Shown: in pieces, positions 1 through 12,314 of the stretch
How the letters are laid out: each line of letters starts with the position of its first letter
How positions within the stretch are numbered: the first letter of the stretch is position 1
DNA from: Takakia lepidozioides
Lineage: Eukaryota > Plantae > Bryophyta
Assembly: GCA_030704615.1 (NCBI GenBank)
Contig: CM060733.1
Coordinates: 73,656,001-73,720,000, forward strand
Direction of reading: 5' to 3'
DNA length: 64,000 nucleotides
Notes under the pieces: model-generated
Told to the model about the DNA's origin: nothing
The model's database searches: none
The model's input: the letters and a program-made list of their open reading frames with translations, nothing else
Program-made: the position numbers and the translations under genes

Positions 1-591
1 GGAGTAGTCTTTCACCGGGCTCGTCATGAAGTCGGCCCTCGTAAAGAACGGACATTTTTCCTGGCAGGAAGTGTAGGCCCTACATGTTTCGACCCGGATC
101 CTGGAATGCATGCAATCTCCTCCTGTAGACGCATCTGCTTCCTCCCCTTCGGCATTGGCCTACGTCCTAAGTAAAATTTTCGGAGCTTGCGACGATGTCT
201 CTTCTCTGGTGCACACACTCCCTCCCTCTCAGGTTCGAGCATAAGAAGAATAGAGACAAGGAAAAGGGGCAAAGAGTGCAGATGGAAAGGGCGCGAGAGG
301 GGTCACTGAGTAGACACGACAAAAGAAGATGAAACGGCGGTGATGCACCACTTGGGTTCGAAAGGCTTGGACGAAAGTGTCTCCTCGTGGACTATGCATC
401 ATTACAAAATTTGAATCATCAAGGGTACGCATACCGTCCGAAAAACAAACATCATTATCCAACGGTCAGGCCGCACCGCCTCCTGCCACTTCAGTCAGAT
501 AAAGTGCAGACATGTGCCGCAATTCCGTTGGTCCACGTGTTCACATATCATGGCATTTCCGTCCCAGCGTCTGATGAGTTAGAGTGAAAAT

Positions 592-2161
592 GCAAATGCG
601 GCGCCGCATTTCCGTTAAATACCATCCCGAAGCTACACATACTGTACTTGTTGGACGAAAATGCGGCACCGCATTTCCGTTCCACCTTCACAGACCTTAG
701 TTATTAAACGGAAATGCGGTGCCGCATTTCCGTCCCACAGCTCCATGCATGAGATACAAAAGGGAAATGCGGCGCCTCATTTCTGTTCTGGAATGTCAGA
801 AGGTGCGACTCGGACGGAAATGTGGTGCCGCATTTCCGTTCCACCTTCACATACCTTAGTTGTTGAACGGAAATGTCATGCCGCATTTCCGTTCTTGAGA
901 GTATGAAGGTCTCACCCGGACGGAAATACGGTGCCGCATTTCCGTCCCACAGCTCAATGCCTCACATACAAAATGGAAATGCGGCGTCGCATTTCCGTTC
1001 TGAATGTCGGAAGGTGTGACTCGGACGAAATGCGGTGCCGCATTTCAGTTCCGATGGAACACGATTTTCAGTCAGAACGGAAATGCGGTGCCGCATTTCA
1101 GTTCCGATGGTTCACGATTTTCAGTCAGAACGGAAATGCGGTACCGCATTTCCGTTCTGGAGAGTATGAAGGTCTCACGCGGGTGGAAATGTGGTGCCGC
1201 ATTTCAGTTCGGATGGTTCACGATTTTCAGTCAACGGAATGCGGAACCGCATTTCCGTTCTAGAGAGTATGAAAGTCTCAACCGGACGGAAATGCGGTGC
1301 CGCATTTCCGTCCCTCAGCTCCGTGCCTCAGATACAAAACGGAAATGCGGCGCCGCATTTCCATTCTGGAATGTCGGAAGGTGCGACTCGGACGAAAATG
1401 CGGTGCCGCATTTCAGTTCCCGTGGTTCATGATTTTCAATCAGAACGGAAATGCGGTACCGCATTTCCGTTCCACCTTCACATACCTTAGTTGTTGAACG
1501 GAAATTCCGTGCCGCATTTCCGTTCTGGAAAGTATGAAGGTTTCACCCGGACGGAAATACGGTGCCGCATTTCCGTCCCACAGCTCCATGCCTCACATAC
1601 AAAATAGAAATGCGGCGCCGCGTTTCCGTTTTGGAATGTCGGAAGGTGCGACTCGGACGGAAATGCGGTGCCGCATTTCAGTTCCGATGGTTCACGATTT
1701 TCAGTCAGAACGGAAATGCGGTACCGCATTTCCGTTCTAAAGAGTATGAAGGTCTCAACCGGACGGAAATGCCATACCGCATTTCCGTCCCTCAGCTCCA
1801 TGCCTCAGATACAAAACGGAAATGCGGCGCCGCATTTCCGTTGTGGAATGTCGGAAGGTGCGACTCGGACGGAAATGTTGTGCCGCATTTCAGTTCCAGT
1901 GGTTCATGATTTTCAATCAGAACGGAAAAGCGGTACCGCATTTCCGTTCCACTGTCACATACCGCACTTGTTGGATGGAAATGCGGCACCGCATTTCCAT
2001 TCTGGAGAGTATAAAGGTTTCCCCCGGACGGAAACTCGGTGCCACATTTCCGTCGCACTGGTGCATGCCTAAGATGCAAAACGGAAATGCGGCGCCGTAT
2101 TTCCGTCCAACAGCAATCGAAAGTATCACTCCGGACGGAAATGCGGAACCTCATTTCCGCA
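592..2161. repeat. Array 1 of 22-bp palindrome GGAAATGCGGYRCCGCATTTCC, ~53-bp period, ~5 recurring spacer types
   Basis: Palindrome recurs with ~31-bp spacers such as gttccaccttcacataccttagttgttgaac, gttctggagagtatgaaggtctc..., gtcccacagctccatgcct..., gttctggaatgtcggaaggtgcgactcggac and agttccgatggttcacgattttcagtcagaac. Confidence 0.95.
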
Positions 2162-2552
2162 TGTGAAACCTCAATGGGTTGCATTGTTCCGAAACAACAC
2201 AATTGCGGCCTGTCTTAATGAGCACAACTTGGTTGTCTAACCGTTTTAACTAATAGTCCTGGCACTTGTCAGTGCGAACGTTCATGTCTGTACCGAGAAT
2301 ACTGCTGGATCCACCCTAAGGAGAAACTGTCAGGAGATGTTATTTCGTCGCCGAATCGGCCATCATTGTCATACTTACTGGATATGGAATCACACCTCCC
2401 ACCTTCATGCATGTAGCTTGAAACAATACTTTCCACTTCAATGTGCGACTTCCAATCGTAGATGGACTCCGCAGATCCACTTGGATGGTGCCTGTGAGCC
2501 TTGGTCTGTCGCTATACTGAACCTCGCACTTGCCAACTTCGTGCGGTCTTCG

Positions 2553-4527
2553 ATGGCTCCGAATTCCTACGCTATAGTTTGCTGTCCTCCGCAACTTGGG
2601 AGAGCCTGGATCCCAAACAAGGGAGGACTTTGCAGAGTGACTGAAACTTACCTTTGTTCCAAATTCAAGCTCAAACCGGGCACAGTTTACTTGGAAGAAG
2701 AAAGGAAGGATGTTCCTGGACAGGTTGACGAGACCATTGTCGTGCTAGGTAACGACGAAGGTTGCGGAATCGAATGGCACGTACCCCCATCAGACACCAT
2801 CTTGTACCGAGCTATGGGAATGCCCATTCCCTTTCCGAATCAGTCGCTGCCCACACCATCCACAAAGGAGTCGGGAAACCGACAGGCGGCCAATGCCAAC
2901 AGAGAGGTATGCAACGATAATCATTCCCGACCGTCAAGACCCTCCATAGCTTCTCGTGTGGATGTATTCGACATTTCCGACAAGGAAGATGAGTGCATTG
3001 AGGTCCCCATGTCCTCCACACGGTCGTTCAAATCCGGCATGGACATCTCTGCAGGTGCTACGCATGTACCCTCGAGCATAACTCCAACCCGGTCCATTGT
3101 GCTGCTCCTACGGCAACATCACCTCGATGGTTCTCGCTCCGAGCTGGCTGCTCTCGACTATGCCAAATTTCCAATCAGGAAGGTAACGTTTCTGCCTCCC
3201 GAAGTCAATGGCAATGTCATCTTCGAGTTTCCACCTGTTACTTCCTCAAACAAAGCCTCAAGGATATTAACAGACATGGATCAAAAGCATGACGGACACC
3301 CCTGGATTGCTGATGGTGTTCGTGTACAATCGTCCTCTGTGCGGGGAAGCTGAGGTGCCTCAATCCCGCCTGCTTTCACTTTCTCTCCAAAGGAGGGCGG
3401 AGAAACGAGACGGATTGGACTGGCACAACCCATCATCCATTCATTGTCTCCAGCCAAGCTCCTGCGGGTACTTTCAAGTGCGCACATTGCAAAGAACCAC
3501 CGACGTGCATGTCCATGTGCAGAGCCAAGCAATATTACGTAATCCATTTGCTCCCGGACTTGACTAGAGCTTGCATACACGTTGGGGTCCACTGCCACCC
3601 CTTGGCGAGAGGCAACATGCGTGAGGCTGTGCAGGAAGCACACGACATCATAAAAGAGGAGGTGAAATTGAGCCCCGGAGCCAAACCAAAGCAGATTCAG
3701 CTAAAGGCAGTCCACAAGATTGCTCTTGGCAAAATCATATCTGAAGATGGTTCAGACCGAGTGCCCTTGAACGAAGAGGAGATGCTTGACCTGTTGGAGT
3801 CCGTCTCGCATGTTTGTAGTCCGAATGTGCGGAATCACATCGTATCTTGCAAGTAGGAGTTCGGCTGGGGGTCGGACATGCACTCAATCCTGGAGGTGAA
3901 ACGAATGACTGGATATGACTACATCCAAGGTAGCAGGTTTCCAGGGCAAGGCAGCGAATCCGATCGTTGTTACATTTTTAAAATGTCGACGTGTGGGCCT
4001 GGGAGTGGAGTCGACTTGGTCACTCGCATGACAACTAGAAACTTGTCGAATGCTTGGGTGATGTTTCACATCAAACAAATTACAAACCATCAGTGGGTGA
4101 CTATGGGTGCGCATGTTTATGACTATCACTCCAAGAGGCTCATGACGATTGCAATCTGCGAGATGAAAGGGGAGGACACATAGTCGGAGATGCATCTGTG
4201 GGAGGGCATAAACGAGCAGATGGCAAGGGCGGGATTGGCAGAGCCCAATTTCAGGGGATTCATGGCAGACAACGCTTAGGCAAACTGGGCAGCGGTGCGG
4301 CGTGTGTACGGTGAGGACCCCAATGTTCCAATGGAGGGGAAGGAGAGATCCTGTGGATTCCATTGGATGCAGAGTCTATCTCACTACACTACCAAATTTG
4401 TTGCTAGCTCATTCCAGGCTGAACACCGTGTCCTTTGTACGGCGTGGAAGGATGCACCCACATTTGATGACGCGGAGGTTAAGTTTACTATCATCGAGGC
4501 TTGGTGGAACACGTCAGGTGCAGTGGA
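2553..4527 (+). pseudogene. MULE transposase (family A) with GCM-like Zn domain, disrupted and 3'-truncated
   Basis: MAPNSYAIVCCPP start; C/H pattern ending CIHVGVHCHP; FMADNA; CGFHW (CxxH). Internal stops, small deletions and frameshifts. Confidence 0.85.
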
Positions 4528-6068
4528 CATGTTAGACAACTAGGATGGCATTTTCTGTTTTAGTGGATTAGCAGGCAAGAGATACCGGCCACTGCGGGTC
4601 TTGTTGGACTCGGGAGCTCAGCCATTGATGCTGGGCAGAGCTGCTATTGTAGGATTGGGCCTCACGGAGGCGGACATGCAGCCTTGCCCTTTCCAGATAC
4701 AAACATCTCTAAGAGGATCAGAGCAGGCTCGGGGCATGACACGGCGTGAGTTGGTTATCAGACTACAGCCGGATCATCCTACAGATGGCTCAGTGATGAG
4801 AGCCAAGGCCATTATGCCAGATGCGGTCTCATACGATGTCATGGTTGGTGGGGCAGTGTTGTACCCCATGGGCTTCACCCTGGATTTTTAGGAGTCAGCT
4901 TCCTATAGGCTTGGATGATAGTCAGGGGAGGGCCGGCGTGTGCAGCTCCTTAATGACATTCATAAGAGGAGTTGCGGTTGCCCAGCGGGTCAAGATGCCG
5001 ACACTGGCAGAATTCATAGCTGCAGTGAGTTTGCCTAGAGAGTTGCTAGAGGGCAACGCTCATTCAGAGGATGTGCCACCTCCGATAGAGCAGGATGACA
5101 TGTATGGTATGGCGGAGTTGTCTGCCATGGTTGCTTAGACTCCATTGTGGGGCTGTTGGATGCAGCTGCAGTGGGGTCACGGGCTCATCGTCCACGGCTA
5201 TGGTGGACTAACTTGATGCCACCAGCACTGCTCAAACGTGCATTTGAAGGGGTGTAGTGGCTAGCACACCTCACAGTGGTTAGCATTTTGGACACAGGGA
5301 GGCAGTCTCAACGAGTGAGACACGATGACCGTTCACCTTTGGCAGTGGTCAACAAGGTGGGTCAACCACGAGCAACACTACCTACACTGCTCAGCTTTCC
5401 TGGATCACATGCTTTCCGGGATTAGTTACAGCAGTTAGTGGAGCCTAATGCTGTCGAGCGCGAGCGGGCTATGGGTTTTTCCACTGGGACCACAACGGTG
5501 CTATCTCTTTCTGAGGCATCATGTTGTCAGGTGTTGGGGCAAGAAATGGATTTCAATTGCTTGACCTGGATTATCAGCTTGGCTATGGCTGAGCAACGCA
5601 GAGTGCAGAGTACACTCCCCTCGATGGTCTCTTTGCCTACCAAGACGGTACAGGCAGTGAGTGGGGGCGAGCAGGTGAGGAGCACGGGGTGCAGACATCC
5701 ATGGCACACGTGGGAGGTGCTTGAGGTTTAGAGGGAGTTGGCAGCCAAGGCGGCTGTGATGGATGAGGTTGGGGATTCTTCTCGGGTTGAGGAGATCCTC
5801 AAGGATGAGATGATGGGGTAGGATGAGGCCTTGTCACTGACTAAGCAGGCAAGGAGTACTGCTCAAGAGATTGCAACATAGCAACCATTGGACACGTCCT
5901 CTACCTCTAAGTCTGCTGGACTTAAGGTTGCACTTACGGAGAACAACTGGGAGCCTGACATTGGACCCATTGAGAGAGACGACGTATATGGCGGTTCCTG
6001 AGGGCTTACAGGAATTGCTTTGCCTTCAGTTTGAAGGACTTGGGAGCACTGAAGGGTCAGGAAATTCG
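4528..6068 (+). mobile_element. Degenerate Ty3/Gypsy pol fragment: aspartic protease + C5-DNA methyltransferase relic + start of RT
   Basis: LRVLLDSGAQPLMLG protease motif (~4592-4640); ends ...CFAFSLKDLGALKGQEIR at 6068, which continues as TPIFRRPYR at ~26941 on the minus strand. Confidence 0.75.
5153..5600 (+). pseudogene. C-terminal remnant of retrotransposon-borne DNA (cytosine-5) methyltransferase (motifs VIII, IX, X-like)
   Basis: Manual translation LLDAAAVGSRAHRPRLWWTNL (motif VIII-like) and VEPNAVERERAMGF...QVLGQEMD (motifs IX/X-like). Motifs I-VI are not seen. Confidence 0.65.
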
Positions 6069-6963
6069 GGAGGGCACAATGCTCGACCTCATCTGTGGGA
6101 CAGGTATGCAGAATCTTGTTCTATGCTGTTCTACAAATTCTCGTTATGCTTTAATTCGCAACATCTGAAGGGCCATGTCATAATGTGTGGATGGCATTGT
6201 AACAGGTGCCTCAATGTGGGCTGGGCGGTTTTCGGACCGGCACCTCTTTGCCTACGAGGAGGACACATCCATCTGGAAGGGCTGCAACGGAATGTGAAGG
6301 CTCCCATCGAAGCCAAAGACTCATCAGATTCATCGGAGTCGGAGGAAGAGACAGTGGACATTGATGCCGAGGAGAACCCGGAATACGAGTGAGTGCAAAC
6401 ATTGTAAGTTTGCAAAGCCTTTTGGGTGATTTTTTGTCAAACGCATTTCCGGACTGTGGTTCTCATTGGTCTCGTTGGTGATTGTTATGTGCAGGATTCC
6501 AGGATCCGGGTCAAAACATGTAAGGCCTACACTTCCTGCCAGGAAGAATGTCCCGTTCTTTGCGAGGGCCGACTTCATGACGAGCCCGGTGAAGGACTAC
6601 TCCCTTCCCAGTTATGCAGCTAAACTCGCAAATACAGCGATTAGACGATGTGAGAATCCCAGTAAAGTAGAGCAGATTTTGGAGAGGGCTAGGGAGGACA
6701 GAAGGATAAGGAAAGAGTTGGCAACAGCTGAGACAGGTAGACGGGTGCGAAAGTTCATATGTGATTCAGCGGATGAGAGCGATGCAGACAGGGAGGACGA
6801 CGAGCCAACGGAGGTGAGATGGTCGGTTCCGCAAGGTGAAGATGGGATTTTTGAAAGCCTGGCCAACGAGCAGTCCGCTGGAGATGAGAAAGGCAATGAC
6901 GGGGTGGAGGCGGAGCAGGACAGTCAAGGACAGGACGACGATAGTGATGATTTTCAAGATTAA
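6069..6963 (+). pseudogene. 3' exons of ParB-methyltransferase gene (SAM-binding motif I/II, acidic linker, terminal exon)
   Basis: Splicing GT-AG intron 6104-6205 gives GTMLDLICGTG-ASMWAGRFSDRHLFAYEEDTSIW. A 13-bp deletion relative to the copy at ~13000 shifts the frame. Terminal exon RIPGSGSKH...DDFQD* ends at 6963. Confidence 0.75.
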
Positions 6964-7099
6964 TAGAACTTTAATGAACTCTCTTTACATTTAAATTCTA
7001 TTCCAGAGTATATAAAAGAACTTATCCCCGTCCTTCATGTCCCCTCTCCCATGTGCTTAACAACGACAACATCGTCCAAACCTGGTCCCTCCCAAAATC

Positions 7100-8148
7100 G
7101 GAAATGCGGCACCGCATTTCAATGTCGGAACGGAAATGTGGCAACTGCAAAAACCTCCTTTGAAAATGCGGCACCGCATTTCCAAAACCGGGGCAAGAAC
7201 AATTTTCCGTTTCATGGTTTGGACATCAGAAACTGTTCGGCCGAACGGAAATGCGGTGCCGCATTTCCGTTTCCGACACGGCAGTTTTACCGATTGCCAG
7301 CTCCTTCCATGGAGGTAAATGGAAATGCGGAGGTCGAACATGGAAATGCGGTGCCGCATTTACATTTTGGAGATGGACATTTTTCCAACTGCAGACCCAT
7401 CCACGGAAATGCGGCTCCCCATTCCATGATGCTAGACGGGAATGCGGCACCGCATTCCATTGTCCAATAAGAAATTTCGATGACGTACATGGAATTGCGG
7501 CGCCGCATTTCGAAAAATGGACATCGTTGATTGTCCAATTCCAGACCTTTTGATGGAAATGCGGCACCGCATTCCATCGTCCTATAAAAACTTACATTGT
7601 CCTATAAAAACTTTCGATTGCCCAACATGGGAAATGCGGCGCCGCATTTCCAAAACAGACATCGTTGTTTGTCCAATTCCAGACCCGTGTGGGCATTCCG
7701 TCTTGTTGGACGGAAATGCGGCACCGCGTTCCATTGTCCAATACGAAATTTTGATGACGGACATGGAAATGCGGTGCCGCATTTCCAGAACGGACATCGT
7801 TGTTTGTCCAATTCCAGACCCTTCGACGGAAATGCGGCACCGCATTCCATTCTGCTCTCCGGAAATGCGGTGCCGCATTTCATTGTCCGATACGAAATTT
7901 CGATGACGGACATGGAAATGCGGTGCCGCATTTCAAGTATGGACATGGACAAGCATTAGCGACTGGACATGCTCGGACAATTCAAGGTCCAATATGGAAA
8001 TGCGGCGCCGCATTTCCAATTCGAAGTATGGTAATGCCATGTCAGGAAATGAAATGTTGTACAACATTTCCGTTACGACGACAACAGAGGAAAGGGAGCT
8101 GCCAGAAATCGCTGCATGGAGAAAAATGAAATGCGGTGCCGAATTTCC
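7100..8148. repeat. Array 2 of the family A palindrome (irregular spacing)
   Basis: Multiple GGAAATGCGGYRCCGCATTTCC copies; inverted counterpart at 11452-12178. Confidence 0.9.
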
Positions 8149-8424
8149 GAGCTTCGGCGTGTACATGTTTCCTTTAACTCATACATGGATTTCCTTCACC
8201 TCAGGACTCTGATATCGCTGACTCTGGTATATTCATATGGACAGACACATTGTAGAAATGAGATCTCAAATTGTAAACAGTGGGCCAATTACGGCCGTTC
8301 TTGAACACGATGAAACACAAGCACACAGAAGTGAGGTACGATGGGTTGTTTTATTGATCGAACACGGTGTCTCACATTTAGCAACTCCAGACAAATCTAA
8401 GCCCTTTCTCCTTCTACATGGGCG

Positions 8425-9003
8425 TCACCAAGTCGACGGAACTTCGATAGCCCTCAAAACAAGCTCATTACTGATGCGGCACCTCGAGGTAAACTGCATT
8501 GCGGTCGATCTGGTGCCCTTGGTGGAGCTGACAAAAATGTCATGCCCATCAATCATACCACCATCATACATTGACAAGGTCACTGTGGGCCTCATGTGCC
8601 CGTGCGATTCGTCTTCGCAACTCAGCCGAATGTCTCCAAACACTGGAAGAGCGGAGTGAACTCCACGAATATAGTTTTCCCCGGTGCCGTCCTCCCTGGT
8701 CCACTGGCAGCAGTTCCACCGCCAAAGTGAGGCCGTGCGTGATCTGTCTGGCATCCCATTCCAGCTTGGTATATCGAGGTCAACAATTTTCAGGACCCAC
8801 GGACCGCATTGACCCTCGCCCTCACCTCGCTCAAAGCGGTAATAGCCCTCCAAATACTCCATTGCGCGCAAAGACTCCCGCTTGATTCCAGAAGCGTCTG
8901 GGAAAACACAGAACTAGACAATGGTGTCTCCTGATTCTGGTTTGAACATAGCATAATCGTGGCCATGATAAGGGCAGTCAGCAGGATTTCGACGGCACGG
9001 CAT
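8425..9003 (-). pseudogene. ORF-X (unknown ~190-aa cargo protein), copy with early TAG
   Basis: Homologous to intact 10599-11177; manual translation MPCRRNPADCPYHGHDYAMFKPESGDTIV*. Confidence 0.8.
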
Positions 9004-9511
9004 CCTTGAAAAAGAGCAGCGCCGTGGCTGGAAGAAGTTCAAGCAAACGTTGCAATTCCTCAGAAATACTCAGGGCACATTTAAATCTCCCCCCTACAGG
9101 AACCTGCACGGATGAAGATTGGCTGCTCCATGAATGTAGCCGTTTCAGTTTCCTTCCCTGCCATGCAAACTATGGGCAGTAAGTGCCAGGTGGGCCTATA
9201 GCCACTCGAGACGACGAAGTCCAACCCCCTTCGATGTAAATGCGGCGCCGAATTTCCTTCCGGGGGATGGACTTCGGTGGCAGATTTCAAACTATACCCC
9301 GTGGATGAGAAAGAGGTATCGGTTCATCCACCGCTGGCGTGATGAACACGTTACACGATGATTGGTGGGTACGTGTGACCCAGATGCTCCATTATTGGAG
9401 CCCGCACTGCTCTTCCGCTTCTCATCATTTCTAAAATCTAAGGGCTTCGTTGCTGTCCGCAAGGTCATTGTCATCGGCATCAAAGACATCCTCAGGTCCT
9501 CCTTTGCAAGG

Positions 9512-10075
9512 ATGTCGTGCTTCCGGAACCGGGACGACTGCCCTTATGGAAGCTTCGATTATGCAATGTATTCGGCCACATCGGGAGACATCGTTATCTG
9601 GTACACAGATTACACAGAAGATACTGGTTCGAATGTGGAAACATTGTCCGCTTTTGAGTATATCCCAGGCCACTACGCCTTCGAGCGGGGTGACGATCTT
9701 GGTCTGAGGAGTCCGTGGCTCCTGCGCATCCTTGATTCCGATTTTCCCAGCTACGACGAGCACCCATGCAGAAGAATGCGCACTGCTATGCTGTTGCGGT
9801 GGAACTGCTGCCAGTGGACGTGGGTGGACTCCATCGGAGAGACTTATACTCCTGAAGGAGTGCGCTCCTCTTCTCCATTGTATGGGGACATTCGCATTGG
9901 TGTGGACGACAAAAACGTGAAGCTTTCCATATTCGATGGTGGTATGATTGAAGGGCACGACATTGTGGTGAACATCAACAGGGGCGGTACAACGGCTGCA
10001 ATCCAGTTTACCTGGAGGAGCCCAATGACTCATGAGCTAGTTCTCAGAGCAGTCGAAGTCCCATTGACAACGTGA
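9512..10075 (+). CDS. ORF-Y, unknown ~187-aa cargo protein, paralog of ORF-X
   Basis: MSCFRNRDDCPYGSFDYAMY...WNCCQWT...DGGMIEGHDI...ELVLRAVEVP. Start chosen by alignment with ORF-X; second open copy at 58386-58949. Confidence 0.7.
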   Translation: MSCFRNRDDCPYGSFDYAMYSATSGDIVIWYTDYTEDTGSNVETLSAFEYIPGHYAFERGDDLGLRSPWLLRILDSDFPSYDEHPCRRMRTAMLLRWNCCQWTWVDSIGETYTPEGVRSSSPLYGDIRIGVDDKNVKLSIFDGGMIEGHDIVVNINRGGTTAAIQFTWRSPMTHELVLRAVEVPLTT

Positions 10076-10454
10076 CTTGTATTCAGAAGGCACAGGGCTA
10101 AAGATTTGTTTGCACAATCAGCACAGTAGACGTGCTTCAAATGCAATTCATGTGGATCAATAAAAACCCCATTGTGCCCTCTTTTTGTTCTATTCTGTAT
10201 CCATCGTTCCCAGAATGCATCATTCCTCATTTCGTTTGGGATTGGGAGTGTGGGTGGATTTTGCAAGTGGCTGGGAGGCTGAAATGGGCCCCCATTGTAC
10301 AGAGCAGTACCACCCTACCATTCGCGAAACATTGCATTTCAATATGTAATTCTAAAAAACATTGCCGAACCTCCTTCATCGGGAGGTCCTTCTCCCCCTA
10401 TGACCGTGACACCTTAAACCCTATTCCCGCGGACACTCATTTCCGGAAAATAGT

Positions 10455-10531
10455 CATGCTCATGTTTTTTTCGACACTTACGACTCTGCTCATGGCTCAT
10501 GCCGCTCATGGCTCATGAAATAGCAGCCCCC
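10455..10531 (-). repeat. Family A left terminal region (GGGGGCTGCTATTTCATGAGC + CATGAGC repeats)
   Basis: Same end at 59412; imperfectly inverted to right end GAGGTTTACTATTTCATGAGC at 57887. Confidence 0.85.
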
Positions 10532-10598
10532 CCGCGCTGTTGCCTCCTCCATCCGGGAGCTGCAGTCATTGAGCGTACTCCGCTAATATTTTTCAAGG

Positions 10599-11177
10599 AT
10601 GTCGTGCCGCCGAAATCCTGCTGACTACCCTTATTATGGCCACGATTATGCTATGTTCAAACCAGAATCAGGATACATCATTGTCTACCTCTCTGTTTTC
10701 ACTGACGCTTCTAGAATCAAGCAGGAGTCTTTGCACGCAATGGAGTATTTGGAGGGCTATTATCGCTTTGAGCGAGGTGTGGGCGAGGGTCAATGCGGTC
10801 CGTGGGTCCTGAAAATTGTTGACCTCGATATACCAAGCTGGAATGGGATGCCGGACAGATCACGCACGGCCTCGCTTTGGCACTGGAACTGCTGCCAGTG
10901 GACCAGGGAGGACGGCACTGGGGAAAACTATATTCGTGGAGTTCACTCCGCTCTTCCAGTGTATGGAGACATTCGGCGGAGTTGCGAAGACGAATTGCAC
11001 GGGCACATGAGGCCCACAGTGACCTTGTCAATGTATGATGGTGGTATGATTGATGGGCATGACATTGTGGTCAGCTCCACCAATGGCACTAGAACGACCA
11101 CATTACAGTTTACCTCGAGGTGCCGCATCAGTAATGAGCTTGTTTTGAGGGCTATCGAAGTTCCGTCGACTTGGTGA
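10599..11177 (+). CDS. ORF-X, unknown 192-aa cargo protein (open)
   Basis: Uninterrupted ORF that aligns over its whole length with ORF-Y. Confidence 0.75.
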   Translation: MSCRRNPADYPYYGHDYAMFKPESGYIIVYLSVFTDASRIKQESLHAMEYLEGYYRFERGVGEGQCGPWVLKIVDLDIPSWNGMPDRSRTASLWHWNCCQWTREDGTGENYIRGVHSALPVYGDIRRSCEDELHGHMRPTVTLSMYDGGMIDGHDIVVSSTNGTRTTTLQFTSRCRISNELVLRAIEVPSTW

Positions 11178-11451
11178 TGCCCATGTAGAAGGCAGAAAGG
11201 CTTAGATTTGTCTGGAGTTGCTAAATGTGAGACCCCGTGTTCGATCAATAAAACAACCCATCGTCCCTCAGTTCTGTGTGCTATGTTTCATTGTATTCAA
11301 GAACTGCAGTAATTGACCCATTGTTTACAATTTGTGGTCTCATTTCTACAATGTGCCTGTCCATATGAATATACAAGAGTCAGCGATATCAGAGTCCTGA
11401 GGTGAAGGAAATCCATGTATGAGTAAAAGGAAACATGTACATGCTGAAGCT

Positions 11452-12178
11452 CGGAAATGCGGCACCGCATTTCATTTTTCTTCATGCACCTCCATTTCCT
11501 CCGTTGTGGTCGTAACGGAAATGCTGTAACGCATTTCATTTCTTGACATGGCATTATCATACTTCGAATTGGAAATGCGGCACCGCATTTCCATATTGGA
11601 CCTTGAATTGTCCAAGCATGTCCAATCGCCAATGCTTGTCCATGTCCATTCTGGAAATGCGGCACCGCATTTCCATGTCCGTCATCAAAATTTCGTATTG
11701 GACAATGGAATGCGGTGCCGTATTTCCGTCCAACAAGACGGAATGCCCACACGGGTCTGGAATTGGACAAACAACGATGTCTGTTTTGGAAATGCGGCGC
11801 CGCATTTCCATGTTTGGCAATCGAAAGTTCTTATTGGACAATGTAATGCGGTGCAGCATTTCCGTCCAAGGGTCTGGAATTGGACAAACAACGATGTCTG
11901 TTCTGGAAATGCGTCTGCAGTTGGAAAAACGTCCATCTCCAAAATGGAAATGCGGCACCGCATTTCCATGTCCGCCATTTAAATAACGTGTTTGACCTCC
12001 GCATGCGGGGTGGCATTTCCATTTACCTCCATGGAAGGAGCTGGCAATCGGAAAAACTGCCGTGTCAAAAACGGAAATGCGGCACCGCATTTCCGTTTGG
12101 CCGAACAGTTTCTGATGTCCAAACCATGAAACGGAAAATTGTTCTTTCCCGGTTTTGGAAATGCGGTGCCGCATTTCC
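11452..12178. repeat. Array 2 palindromes (copy A2)
   Basis: Repeated GGAAATGCGGCACCGCATTTCC. Confidence 0.9.
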
Positions 12179-12314
12179 GATTTTGGGAGGGATGTGGTTT
12201 GGTCGATGGTGTCGTTGAGAAGCACATAGGAGAGGGGACATGAAGGACGGGGAGAATTTCCTTTATATACTCAGGAAGGGAATTTTAATGTATAGAGAGT
12301 TCATTAAAATTCTA

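Larger units (their letters stand above)
1..4527 (+). mobile_element. MULE family A copy A0, internally deleted fragment (last exon of ParB-MTase gene fused to its 5' region, array 1, 5' part of transposase)
   Basis: 1-107 matches 12675-12782; ~112-4270 is colinear with ~31170-36109; 4271-4527 matches ~55147-55398. Ends abruptly against Gypsy sequence at ~4528. Confidence 0.85.
6069..10531 (-). mobile_element. MULE family A copy A1 = left ~4.5 kb of the element whose remainder is 27013-36109 + 55147-57887 (separated by inversion)
   Basis: Left terminus ...gctcatgaaatagcagccccc at 10531; flank 10532-10540 (RC acagcgcgg) pairs with gcagcgcgg at 57888-57896 as a 9-bp TSD with 1 mismatch. Confidence 0.85.

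Noticed and set aside
592-2161. CRISPR array (palindromic repeat + ~31-bp spacers)
   Set aside because: The spacers recur as about five types in higher-order units, the repeats are degenerate, there are no cas genes, and the context is a eukaryotic transposon.
661-2202. Many ORFs with KCGAAFP / MRCRISV / GNAAPHF repeats (also 7051-8212, 11297-12227, 31606-34068, and analogous repeats at 50383-53301)
   Set aside because: They are translations of the palindrome arrays in all six frames, not credible proteins.
4530-4540. TGTTAG as the start of an LTR
   Set aside because: The sequence reads straight into protease-proximal coding sequence (MLDN*DGIF...LLDSG); it is a deletion junction.
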